From: Armatimonadota bacterium
GTDB taxonomy: Bacteria; Armatimonadota; Hebobacteria; CAIYQO01
Reading direction: 5' to 3'
Assembly (NCBI GenBank): GCA_038248345.1
Contig: JBBRXO010000029.1
Span: 1 to 25,533, forward strand
Length of the DNA: 25,533 nucleotides
Part shown: positions 1 to 7,006 of the stretch, one piece after another
Layout of the letters: each line of letters opens with the position of its first letter
Position numbering within the stretch: the stretch's first letter is position 1
Translations under genes and position numbers: made by a program
The notes under the pieces: model-generated
Told to the model about the DNA's origin: nothing
Databases searched by the model: none
Seen by the model: the letters and a program-made list of their open reading frames with translations, nothing else

Positions 1-2613
1 GCCAACCTGGCGGAGATGTCCAACATTGGTTTACCGGTGCCGGATGGTTTCACCATCACCACCGAGACTTGTAATGAATATTACGAGAACGGCATGCAAG
101 TACCTGCAGGCCTGTGGGATGAAGTAAAAGCAGCGCTGAATGCTGTAGAAGCTAAAGCCGGCAAGCGCTTTGGCGATGCCAAAAACCCGCTGCTGGTATC
201 AGTGCGCTCCGGCGCCAAGTTCTCCATGCCGGGCATGATGGACACCGTTCTCAACCTCGGTTTGAACGAAGAGACCATCGGCGGAATGGTTGAGCTGGCG
301 GGCAACTCCCGTTTCGTCTACGACTCCTATCGTCGCTTCCTGATGATGTTCTCCGATATCGTCCTCTCCGGCCAGTATCCCGAACTGAAGAAGCATGAAT
401 TCGAAGTGATCTTCGACAAGTTGAAGAAAGAAGTCGGCGCCACCCAGGATAACGACGTGGATACCGATGGACTGATCAAGCTTTGCGACCAGTACAAAGC
501 CTACTTCAAAAATGTTGCCGGTTACGACTTCCCCTCTGATCCGATGGAGCAGTTGAAGCTGGCCGTCCTCGCTGTATTCGCAAGCTGGAACAATGACCGC
601 GCTATCCTGTACCGCAACCGCGAGAAGATCGAACACAATATCGGCACCGCTGTGAACGTGCAGATGATGGTCTTCGGCAACATGGGCGATGATTCCGGCA
701 CCGGCGTAGCCTTCACCCGCGACGCCGCCACCGGCGAGAACAAAATCTACGGCGAATATCTGATGAACGCCCAGGGCGAAGACGTAGTAGCTGGCGTGCG
801 CACCCCGCAGCCGGTGAGCCACCTGCAGGAGCAGAACCCGGCGATCTACGATCAATTCATCGCCATCGGCCATAAACTGGAACAGCACTACAAAGACATG
901 CAGGACATCGAGTTCACCATCGAAAAGGGCAAACTCTACATTCTACAGTGCCGCAGCGGCAAACGCACCGGCGTCGCCGCTGTGAAGATCGCTGTTGACC
1001 AGGTGGCAGAAGGCCTCATCACCGAAGAGCAGGCAGTCAGCCGCGTACCGGCAGAAGCACTGGAGCAGTTGCTGCACCCACGCTTGATCAACCCGGACAA
1101 AGCCGTCCCCATCGCCCACGGTCTTAATGCAGGCCCTGGTGGTGCAGTAGGCCATATCGCTATCGACTCCGACAAGGCGATTGAGCTGGCCGCAGAAGGC
1201 AAGACTGTTATTCTCGTTCGCAAAGAGACCAACCCCGATGACCTCGGTGGCATGTTGGCCTCCAAGGGTGTGCTCACTCAGCTGGGTGGCCGCACTTCTC
1301 ACGCAGCGCTCGTCGCCCGCCAGTACGGCATCCCGACGATCTGTGGTTGTAACGCCGTGCGCATCAACTCTGCTGACCGCACCGTTAATATCGGTGGCAA
1401 ATCCTTCAACGAAGGCGACGTCATCTCCATCGACGGCACCATGGGCGATGTATACGATGTAGCCCTGAAGACCGAGCCCGCCAAAGTAACCGGCGACTTC
1501 GGCACCTTTATGGCCATGGTAGACAAGTTCCGCGTGCTGGGCGTGCGCGCCAATGCAGACACCCCGGAACAGGCTGCACAGTCCGTTGAATTTGGCGCAG
1601 AAGGCATCGGCCTCTGCCGCACCGAGCATATGTTCCTCGGCGAAGAGCGCGTTCCGCTGGTGCAGAACATGATCCTTGCCGAAGACGAAGTATCCCGCGA
1701 CGCTGCCCTCGCTAAACTGCTCCCGATGCAGCGCGAAGACTTCGTCGGCATATTCAAAGCGATGGTGAAGGATGGCAAGGGCCTGCCGGTAACCGTGCGC
1801 TTGATCGATCCGCCGCTGCACGAATTCCTTCCCAGCCTCACCGAGCTGCTCGTTGAAGTGACGAAGATGGAATGCAAGGACGACACCAACAGCGAAGAGT
1901 ACAAAGCGAAGAAGATCATGCTGGCCAAGGTGCAAGACCTGCACGAAGCCAACCCGATGCTCGGTCTCCGCGGCGTGCGCTTGTCCATCTACTTCCCCGG
2001 TATCGTGAAGATGCAGGTAGCCGCCATCATCGGCGCTGCTTGCCAGGTGAAGAAAGAGGGAATTGACGTTCACCCTGAAATCATGATTCCGCTGGTGGGC
2101 ATGATCACCGAGTTGACCCATATTAAGGTACAGCTCGAACAGGTAGCGAAAGAGACCATGGCCGCTGAAGGCGTAGAAGTAGACTACAAATTCGGTACCA
2201 TGATCGAAATTCCCCGTGCTGCCTTGACTGCAGGCGCTATTGCCGCCGAAGCAGAATTCTTCAGCTTCGGTACCAATGACCTGACGCAGATGACCTTCGG
2301 CCTCTCCCGTGACGACGCCGCCAAGTTCCTGCCGGTCTATATCGAGAAGAAGATCCTCAAGGTTGACCCGACCGAGTCCATCGACGTAATCGGCGTAGGC
2401 CGCCTGATGAAGATCTGCGTGGAAGACGCCAAGGCTGTCAACCCGAAGATCAAGCTGGGCATCTGCGGCGAACACGGCGGCGATCCTGATTCCGTCAAGT
2501 TCTGCCACGAGATCGGCCTCACCTATGTGAGCTGCTCACCGAAGCGCCTCCCGGTCGCCCGCCTCGCCGCTGCGCAGGCTGCGATCTCCGGTGGTGGCCC
2601 GTCGGATAAATAG
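1..2613 (+). CDS. ppdK: Pyruvate, phosphate dikinase (5' end lies upstream of the window)
   Basis: Frame +1 is open from base 1 (ANLAEM..., the tail of the GGKGANLAEM motif). It contains PLLVSVRSGA..SMPGMMDT, GEDVVAG, phospho-His loop GGRTSHAA, GLCRTEHMF, E.NPMLG.RG, FSFGTNDLTQ and GICGEHGGDP. Codon bias is strong, as for a highly expressed gene. Stop TAG at 2611-2613. Confidence 0.98.
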   Translation, partial: ANLAEMSNIGLPVPDGFTITTETCNEYYENGMQVPAGLWDEVKAALNAVEAKAGKRFGDAKNPLLVSVRSGAKFSMPGMMDTVLNLGLNEETIGGMVELAGNSRFVYDSYRRFLMMFSDIVLSGQYPELKKHEFEVIFDKLKKEVGATQDNDVDTDGLIKLCDQYKAYFKNVAGYDFPSDPMEQLKLAVLAVFASWNNDRAILYRNREKIEHNIGTAVNVQMMVFGNMGDDSGTGVAFTRDAATGENKIYGEYLMNAQGEDVVAGVRTPQPVSHLQEQNPAIYDQFIAIGHKLEQHYKDMQDIEFTIEKGKLYILQCRSGKRTGVAAVKIAVDQVAEGLITEEQAVSRVPAEALEQLLHPRLINPDKAVPIAHGLNAGPGGAVGHIAIDSDKAIELAAEGKTVILVRKETNPDDLGGMLASKGVLTQLGGRTSHAALVARQYGIPTICGCNAVRINSADRTVNIGGKSFNEGDVISIDGTMGDVYDVALKTEPAKVTGDFGTFMAMVDKFRVLGVRANADTPEQAAQSVEFGAEGIGLCRTEHMFLGEERVPLVQNMILAEDEVSRDAALAKLLPMQREDFVGIFKAMVKDGKGLPVTVRLIDPPLHEFLPSLTELLVEVTKMECKDDTNSEEYKAKKIMLAKVQDLHEANPMLGLRGVRLSIYFPGIVKMQVAAIIGAACQVKKEGIDVHPEIMIPLVGMITELTHIKVQLEQVAKETMAAEGVEVDYKFGTMIEIPRAALTAGAIAAEAEFFSFGTNDLTQMTFGLSRDDAAKFLPVYIEKKILKVDPTESIDVIGVGRLMKICVEDAKAVNPKIKLGICGEHGGDPDSVKFCHEIGLTYVSCSPKRLPVARLAAAQAAISGGGPSDK

Positions 2614-2631
2614 TCCAATTACCACAGGGTA

Positions 2632-2675
2632 AAAACCGCGCGCCTCAGAGGGAAACCTGTGGGGCGCGCGGTTTT
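2632..2675 (+). terminator. Rho-independent terminator after ppdK, probably bidirectional
   Basis: aaaaccgcgcgcctcagagg-gaaa-cctgtggggcgcgcggtttt: long GC-rich stem with an A-tract before and a T-tract after. Lies between convergent ppdK and the small minus-strand ORF. Confidence 0.85.
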
Positions 2676-2680
2676 GGTTA

Positions 2681-2714
2681 TCGTAGCATGGGCGTCCCGC
2701 CCATGAGAACGGGG
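2681..2714 (+). repeat. REP-like palindrome family A, copy 1
   Basis: tcGTAGcatgggcgtcccgcccatgagaacgggg: hairpin catgggcg/cgcccatg preceded by GTAG. Near-identical inverted copies at 4967-5000 and 6953-6985. Confidence 0.85.
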
Positions 2715-2730
2715 CAGCGACCCTTCGCCT

Positions 2731-2910
2731 TTAGGGCGTGGTGTGAGCCTCTGGGACTTTCGGAATACTCCCATTCGCACGATAATCAGCGGCGATCTGA
2801 TTCAAGTAGGCTATCCTTTCCGCAATAGTCATCGACGCCATGTGCGCCTGCACTTTTTGCGCGGCCCGATGTTTCATATCAACGCAGTCAAATGTCTTAT
2901 TGGTTATCAT
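2731..2910 (-). CDS. Small 59-aa protein (MITNKTFDCVDMKHRAAQKVQAHMASMTIAERIAYL...), putative antitoxin-like partner of PIN-domain toxins
   Basis: Below the ORF-track size cutoff; translated by hand. Strong RBS GAGGAGGT (2919-2926) 8 nt before the ATG at 2910; stop TAA at 2731-2733. The K.FDCV.MK...A..V...M..MT..E...Y pattern resembles small proteins I recall downstream of PIN-domain genes. Confidence 0.7.
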   Translation of the reverse strand: MITNKTFDCVDMKHRAAQKVQAHMASMTIAERIAYLNQIAADYRANGSIPKVPEAHTTP

Positions 2911-2983
2911 AGTCGATTACCTCCTCTGGGGTGCGAATATCTATTGATTGGTATCCCATATACTCGAACTGGATTTTCAGCAT
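2897..2983 (-). pseudogene. Probable C-terminal remnant of a PIN-domain (VapC-like) toxin gene
   Basis: 28-codon frame MLKIQFEYMGYQSIDIRTPEEVIDYDNQ*. GY..I.IR(S/T)P.EVI resembles the C-terminus of a PIN-domain subfamily. Its stop overlaps the start region of the 59-aa ORF, as in toxin-antitoxin operons. Confidence 0.45.
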
Positions 2984-2992
2984 AATAATCCA

Positions 2993-3001
2993 ATTATACC
3001 A
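2993..3001 (-). promoter_or_regulatory. Extended -10 promoter (TGgTATAAT) upstream of the small minus-strand ORFs
   Basis: Perfect TGnTATAAT on the minus strand, about 80 nt upstream of the 59-aa ORF. Confidence 0.5.
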
Positions 3002-3049
3002 TGACACTCATATCATCCTTGTTGAGTTGGATGAAATTCGCGACCCTCT

Positions 3050-3140
3050 ACCATGCGCTAAAGTACATGGCTATAAAATCAAGCACCCTGAAGGGCGCTA
3101 TTGCGCCTGATTATTCGGCCACGTCCTTTAGGGAGTGGTG
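3050..3140. repeat. Double-hairpin repeat family B, copy 1, with inverted partner (REPIN/MITE-like)
   Basis: accatgcgc-taaa-gtacatggctataaaatcaagcaccc-tgaa-gggcgctat (3050-3101) is nearly identical to 6871-6922 and related to 4781-4833. An inverted related unit gccacgtcctttagggagtggtg lies at 3118-3140. Confidence 0.8.
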
Positions 3141-3144
3141 CGGG

Positions 3145-3170
3145 GCAGGCGAGACGCCTGCGTTCCCAGG
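3145..3170. repeat. REP-like palindrome gcaggcg-aga-cgcctgcgttcccagg
   Basis: 7-bp perfect stem with a 3-nt loop, same architecture as family A. Single copy in this window. Confidence 0.55.
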
Positions 3171-3197
3171 AGGTGGTGCGCATTTTTGTCTATGTTT

Positions 3198-3288
3198 TAA
3201 TTCACAGGATACAAGGATGAAGGTGGATATCAAGGATAAGAATATCTCTATCTTCCCTATCCATGTTATCCTTCTATCATGTGAATTA
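3198..3288. repeat. Long imperfect inverted repeat built from ~9-nt AGGAT/ATCCT-type subunits
   Basis: taattcacaggatacaaggatgaaggtggata ... tatccatgttatccttctatcatgtgaatta can fold into a ~90-nt hairpin. Confidence 0.6.
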
Positions 3289-3366
3289 CAGGTTTCAATT
3301 CACCCCCAATGGTTCTCATAGCCAAAGGAATAATGGTATTATATGCAGGAAATACAGGAGCAAATT

Positions 3367-4203
3367 ATGACAGAATTATCGCCTACAACGGCGGAGAAAT
3401 ATTTGATGTTGCAGGCGCAGTTGCGCGAGTTGGGGACGGTGGTGATCGGGTTCTCTGGCGGGGTGGACAGCACCATGTTGCTGAAAGTAGCGTTGGATAC
3501 ACTAGGAAAAGAGAATGTGCATGCGGTTATCGGCGTCAGCGCGAGCTACCCGGCGCGGGAGCAGGCGGAGGCGCGTGCGCTGGCGGAGGGCATGGGGGCA
3601 TTCTTCAGCGTGGTCAACAGCGAGGAGATGCAGGATGAGCGCTATGTGGAGAACTCGAAAAACCGCTGCTACTACTGCAAGTCCGATCTCTTCGGCAGGC
3701 TGGTGAAGTTCGCCGCGGAGAATGAATATGCCTTTGTGCTGGATGGCAACAATGCCGACGACGCCGGGGATTATCGCCCGGGGCGCAAGGCGGCGTTGGA
3801 GCTGGGTGTGCGCAGCCCGTTGATGGACGTCGGCATGACCAAGGCGGAGATCCGCGAGATATCCAAACTGCTGGGCCTCGCCACCTGGGTGAAACCGAGC
3901 TACGCCTGCCTGGCCTCGCGCATCCCCTACGGCACCAGCATCACCAGCGCGGCGCTTTCAGCCATCGAGGCCGGCGAGGAGTTCCTGCGCGCCGAGGGCT
4001 TCACGCAACTACGCGTGCGCCACCACGGCGACGTAGCGCGCATTGAGCTGCTACCGGAAGAGATGAGCCGAATGCTGGAGCCAGATTTACGTGAACGAAC
4101 CACCGCGAAGCTGCGCGAACTTGGCTACAAGTACGTGACGCTGGACCTGCTGGGATATCGCACTGGGAGTATGAATGAGGTGCTGGGGAATGGTGGCAAA
4201 TGA
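3367..4203 (+). CDS. larE: ATP-dependent sulfur transferase LarE (PP-loop family)
   Basis: PP-loop SGGVDS, RCYYCK, DG.NADD..DYRPG, CLASRIPYG, RVRHHGDVARIE and LDL.GYRTGSMNE. Start placed at ATG 3367 (RBS AGGAG 3356-3360; extended -10 TGgTATTAT at 3334-3342) rather than 3343. Confidence 0.95.
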   Translation: MTELSPTTAEKYLMLQAQLRELGTVVIGFSGGVDSTMLLKVALDTLGKENVHAVIGVSASYPAREQAEARALAEGMGAFFSVVNSEEMQDERYVENSKNRCYYCKSDLFGRLVKFAAENEYAFVLDGNNADDAGDYRPGRKAALELGVRSPLMDVGMTKAEIREISKLLGLATWVKPSYACLASRIPYGTSITSAALSAIEAGEEFLRAEGFTQLRVRHHGDVARIELLPEEMSRMLEPDLRERTTAKLRELGYKYVTLDLLGYRTGSMNEVLGNGGK

Positions 4204-4805
4204 AACTACTAGTAGCCACACAGAACCGCGGGAAAGCGGTGGAGATTGCGGAGTTGCTCGCCGGGTTGCCGGTGGAGGTGGTGACGCTGGCGGATATTGC
4301 GCCGGAGCTGGACATCCCCGAGACCGGTGCCACCTTCGCCGAGAATGCGCGGCAGAAGGCAGTGGCGGCGGCGCAGCTCACCGGGCTGCTCACGCTGGCG
4401 GATGACTCGGGATTAGCGGTGGATGCGCTGGATGGCGCGCCGGGCGTGTATTCCAAGCGTTTTGCCCCCACAGATGAAGAGCGCGTGGCGAAGATGCTGG
4501 GGCTGCTGCATGACCTGCCGGAGGGCCAGCGCACCGCCGCCTTCCATTGTGCGGTGTGCCTGGCGGATGCCAACGGCGTGATGGCGGAGATCGAGGAGAC
4601 CGCTCCGGGGGTGATCATCGACGCGCCGCGCGGCAGCAACGGCTTTGGCTACGACCCCATCTTCCAGCCCGAGGGCTTCACCCGTACCATGGCAGAGATG
4701 AGTATGGCGGAGAAGAACGCCATCAGCCACCGCGGCAAAGCGCTTCGCAAAGCGGCGGCGGTGGTGGTTGCGATCCTTCCACCACCCCCTGAAGGGTGTG
4801 GCTAA
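4200..4805 (+). CDS. rdgB: Non-canonical purine NTP pyrophosphatase (RdgB/HAM1, XTP/dITP diphosphatase)
   Basis: AT.N.GK..E, E...TF.ENA..KA, ADDSGL.VDALDGAPGVYS.RF, GFGYDPIF and KNAISHRGKA. ATGA overlap with the larE stop. Confidence 0.96.
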   Translation: MKLLVATQNRGKAVEIAELLAGLPVEVVTLADIAPELDIPETGATFAENARQKAVAAAQLTGLLTLADDSGLAVDALDGAPGVYSKRFAPTDEERVAKMLGLLHDLPEGQRTAAFHCAVCLADANGVMAEIEETAPGVIIDAPRGSNGFGYDPIFQPEGFTRTMAEMSMAEKNAISHRGKALRKAAAVVVAILPPPPEGCG

Positions 4806-4943
4806 CAATGACAAGCACGCTAAAGCGCGCTATCATTCGGTTTTGCAAAGTCCGCGAAGGCGGACGACCGGCGCGTCTCTGTCCGCCGTAGCCAGGATGG
4901 CGAAGGTGGAAGCACCCTGCAGCCTGGACTTCAGTCCCAGCGG
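4781..4943. repeat. Composite REPIN/MITE-like element (family B copy 2 plus further palindromes)
   Basis: accaccccc-tgaa-gggtgtggctaacaatgacaagcacgc-taaa-gcgcgctat (4781-4833), then gtccgc-gaag-gcggac (4850-4865), tccgccgtagccaggatggcgaaggtgga and agcctggacttcagtcccagcgg. Confidence 0.7.
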
Positions 4944-4966
4944 AAATATGAGGCTCTGAATTTTAA

Positions 4967-5000
4967 CCCCGTTCTCATGGGCGGGGCGCCCATGCTACAA
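4967..5000 (-). repeat. REP-like palindrome family A, copy 2
   Basis: Reverse complement ttgtagcatgggcgccccgcccatgagaacgggg differs from copy 1 at 2 of 34 positions. Confidence 0.85.
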
Positions 5001-5016
5001 GTTAGCGAATTTTAGC

Positions 5017-5046
5017 TTTACTTCGCTTCTAAATTGGGAATATAAT
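5017..5046 (+). promoter_or_regulatory. Putative sigma70 promoter for the deacetylase pair
   Basis: TTTACT (5017-5022), 18 bp, TATAAT (5041-5046); GAGAGG RBS precedes the ATG at 5087. Confidence 0.45.
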
Positions 5047-5086
5047 CAGTATGGATGAATCAGGGTGACATCCCGAGAGGAAAGAG

Positions 5087-5980
5087 ATGGCGCGAGGCAC
5101 GAAAACTGATAAGGGAGTAGCGCAGCGACGGACGTTGGCGGCGATAGTGGTGTTGTGCCTGGTAGTAATAATGGGCCATCGCGCGATGGCGGGGTGGATT
5201 GAGCAGCATATTGGCCCGGCGAAGATAGATTCCGCGGTTGTTGCTGCGTCATCAACAGTGGCAAGGGTAGCGGTTACGCCGCCGGTGTCGGCGACGGTCA
5301 CGCAGAAAACCATCAAGGTTATCGACTTCTCGGGCGTGGTGAGTAACCCGGTGCCGGTCGCCCCGGAGACCCCAACGAAATACAACCGTGGCGATGCAGA
5401 TGTTCAGGCGGTGGCGCTAACCTTTGATGATGGGCCAGCGGTAGCGACAACATTAAAATTGCTGGAAGTATTGGCACGTGAGCAGGTGAAGGCAACCTTC
5501 TTTGTGCTGGGGGAGAACGCACGTAAGCACCCGGAACTGGTGAAGGCGATATCCGATGGTGGGCACACCATCGCCAACCATAGCTACAGCCATCCATTGC
5601 ATTTCGCCGATATCCCATTTGCCGAACAGACATCGGAGCTGGCCGATTCATCAGAATTGTTAAAGAGCATCACCGGTAAGACCCCGCGTTTCTTTCGCCC
5701 ACCGGGGGGGAGTAACAATCCCGCATTGATTGAACTGGCGAATAAAATGGGCATGAAGACTATTATCTGGTCGGTGGATCCCAAGGACTATGAGCAACCG
5801 GGGGCGGATATAATTGTAGAACGCGTACTGGCCAAAGGGCGCGTGAAGAATGGCGCGATAATACTTATGCATGAAAATAAACCGCAAACGCTGGCGGCGG
5901 TGCCGCGCATAATCAAAGCTTTGCGCGAGCGTGAGTTTGGCTTTATGACGATGGATCAGATGTTCAACGAAAAACCATAG
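5087..5980 (+). CDS. Membrane-anchored polysaccharide deacetylase (CE4/NodB homology)
   Basis: N-terminal hydrophobic helix and Pro/Thr/Val-rich linker; NodB motifs TFDDGP, HSYSH, FRPPGG, DPKDY and IILMHE. Confidence 0.92.
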   Translation: MARGTKTDKGVAQRRTLAAIVVLCLVVIMGHRAMAGWIEQHIGPAKIDSAVVAASSTVARVAVTPPVSATVTQKTIKVIDFSGVVSNPVPVAPETPTKYNRGDADVQAVALTFDDGPAVATTLKLLEVLAREQVKATFFVLGENARKHPELVKAISDGGHTIANHSYSHPLHFADIPFAEQTSELADSSELLKSITGKTPRFFRPPGGSNNPALIELANKMGMKTIIWSVDPKDYEQPGADIIVERVLAKGRVKNGAIILMHENKPQTLAAVPRIIKALREREFGFMTMDQMFNEKP

Positions 5981-5990
5981 GAAGATAAGC

Positions 5991-6848
5991 ATGATTGAAA
6001 ATGAACAAGGCGTAGAGCATAACGTACCGGAGATGGCAAAGAAAGTGAGCAAGATGCGCGGCATAATAGTCGCGTTGACCGTGATATTAGTACTGGAATC
6101 ATTCGCCCTCGGTGCACTGGGCTACCCGGTGGTAAAACGCTGGATGCAGAAACAACAAGCACAGGCGCAACCAGGAGTGAGTAACAATATCGTTTACTCC
6201 GCAAATACCGATAAGAAGATCATCGCCCTCACTTTCGATGATGGCCCCTTCCCATATGAGCCGGTGCATAAGACTAACCACACGAAAGAAATGATTGAGG
6301 TGCTGGCGAAGCTAAACGTGAAGGCCAACTTCTTCATTGTCGGCAAGAAGGCAGAGGCTTCCCCGGAATTGGTGAAGGCGGAGTTCGATGCCGGGCATTG
6401 TATTGCCAACCATACCTACAATCACCCGCAGACGGGCGTACGCCTCCCGGAGATGACGCCGGAACAGCTTGACGTGGAACTGGGCAAGCAGTCGGACTTG
6501 ATACAGCGCATCACCGGGCAACGCCCGCGCTTCTTCCGCCCACCGGGCGAAGTGTCCGACCCCAAAGTGGTCAATGCGGCGAAGAAACTAGGGATGCTGG
6601 TCGTGTTCAACAAGCTGAACCCAGGCGATTGGAAGTATGATGGAAAAACGGGTGCCGAGAAAGAAGCGGCGGTGAAGTCCATCGAGGATATCGTACTGGC
6701 GGATGGCGCCGTGAAACCCGGTACCGTCATCCTGATGCACGACGGCATCCCTGCCACCCGCGCGGCACTGCCCAAAATCGTAACCACCCTCCGCGAGCGC
6801 GGCTACGAATTCGTCACGTTGGATCAGATGTTTCCCGCGGGGCAGTAG
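5991..6848 (+). CDS. Membrane-anchored polysaccharide deacetylase (CE4/NodB homology), paralog 2
   Basis: N-terminal TM helix; TFDDGP, HTYNH, FRPPGE, NPGDW and VILMHDG. Starts 10 bp after paralog 1. Confidence 0.92.
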   Translation: MIENEQGVEHNVPEMAKKVSKMRGIIVALTVILVLESFALGALGYPVVKRWMQKQQAQAQPGVSNNIVYSANTDKKIIALTFDDGPFPYEPVHKTNHTKEMIEVLAKLNVKANFFIVGKKAEASPELVKAEFDAGHCIANHTYNHPQTGVRLPEMTPEQLDVELGKQSDLIQRITGQRPRFFRPPGEVSDPKVVNAAKKLGMLVVFNKLNPGDWKYDGKTGAEKEAAVKSIEDIVLADGAVKPGTVILMHDGIPATRAALPKIVTTLRERGYEFVTLDQMFPAGQ

Positions 6849-6870
6849 CCGATAGTTGCACGTTGTCTTC

Positions 6871-6922
6871 ACCACGCGCTAAAGCATGTGGCTATAAGAT
6901 CAAGCACCCTGAAGGGCGCTAT
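6871..6922. repeat. Double-hairpin repeat family B, copy 3
   Basis: accacgcgc-taaa-gcatgtggctataagatcaagcaccc-tgaa-gggcgctat, near-identical to 3050-3101. Confidence 0.85.
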
Positions 6923-6952
6923 AATTCGATCCGATATAACTTGCTCAATCTG

Positions 6953-6985
6953 CCCGTTCTCATGGGCGGGACGCCCATGCCACGA
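6953..6985 (-). repeat. REP-like palindrome family A, copy 3
   Basis: Reverse complement tcgtggcatgggcgtcccgcccatgagaacggg has one mismatch to copy 1. Lies between convergent genes. Confidence 0.85.
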
Positions 6986-7006
6986 TTTACCAGAAATGGA
7001 GTGACG

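Noticed and set aside
943..2508. 521-aa minus-strand ORF (also 199-888 and 1299-1988) antisense to ppdK
   Set aside because: Shadow frames produced by the strong codon bias of ppdK; no recognisable motifs.
2743..3321. Plus-strand ORFs 2743-2985 and 3001-3321
   Set aside because: The first is antisense to the better-supported 59-aa ORF. The second is a translation of repeat DNA (e.g. AGETPAFPG).
2681..6985. CRISPR array or autonomous IS element
   Set aside because: The repeats are dispersed and not regularly spaced; no cas or transposase ORF is present.
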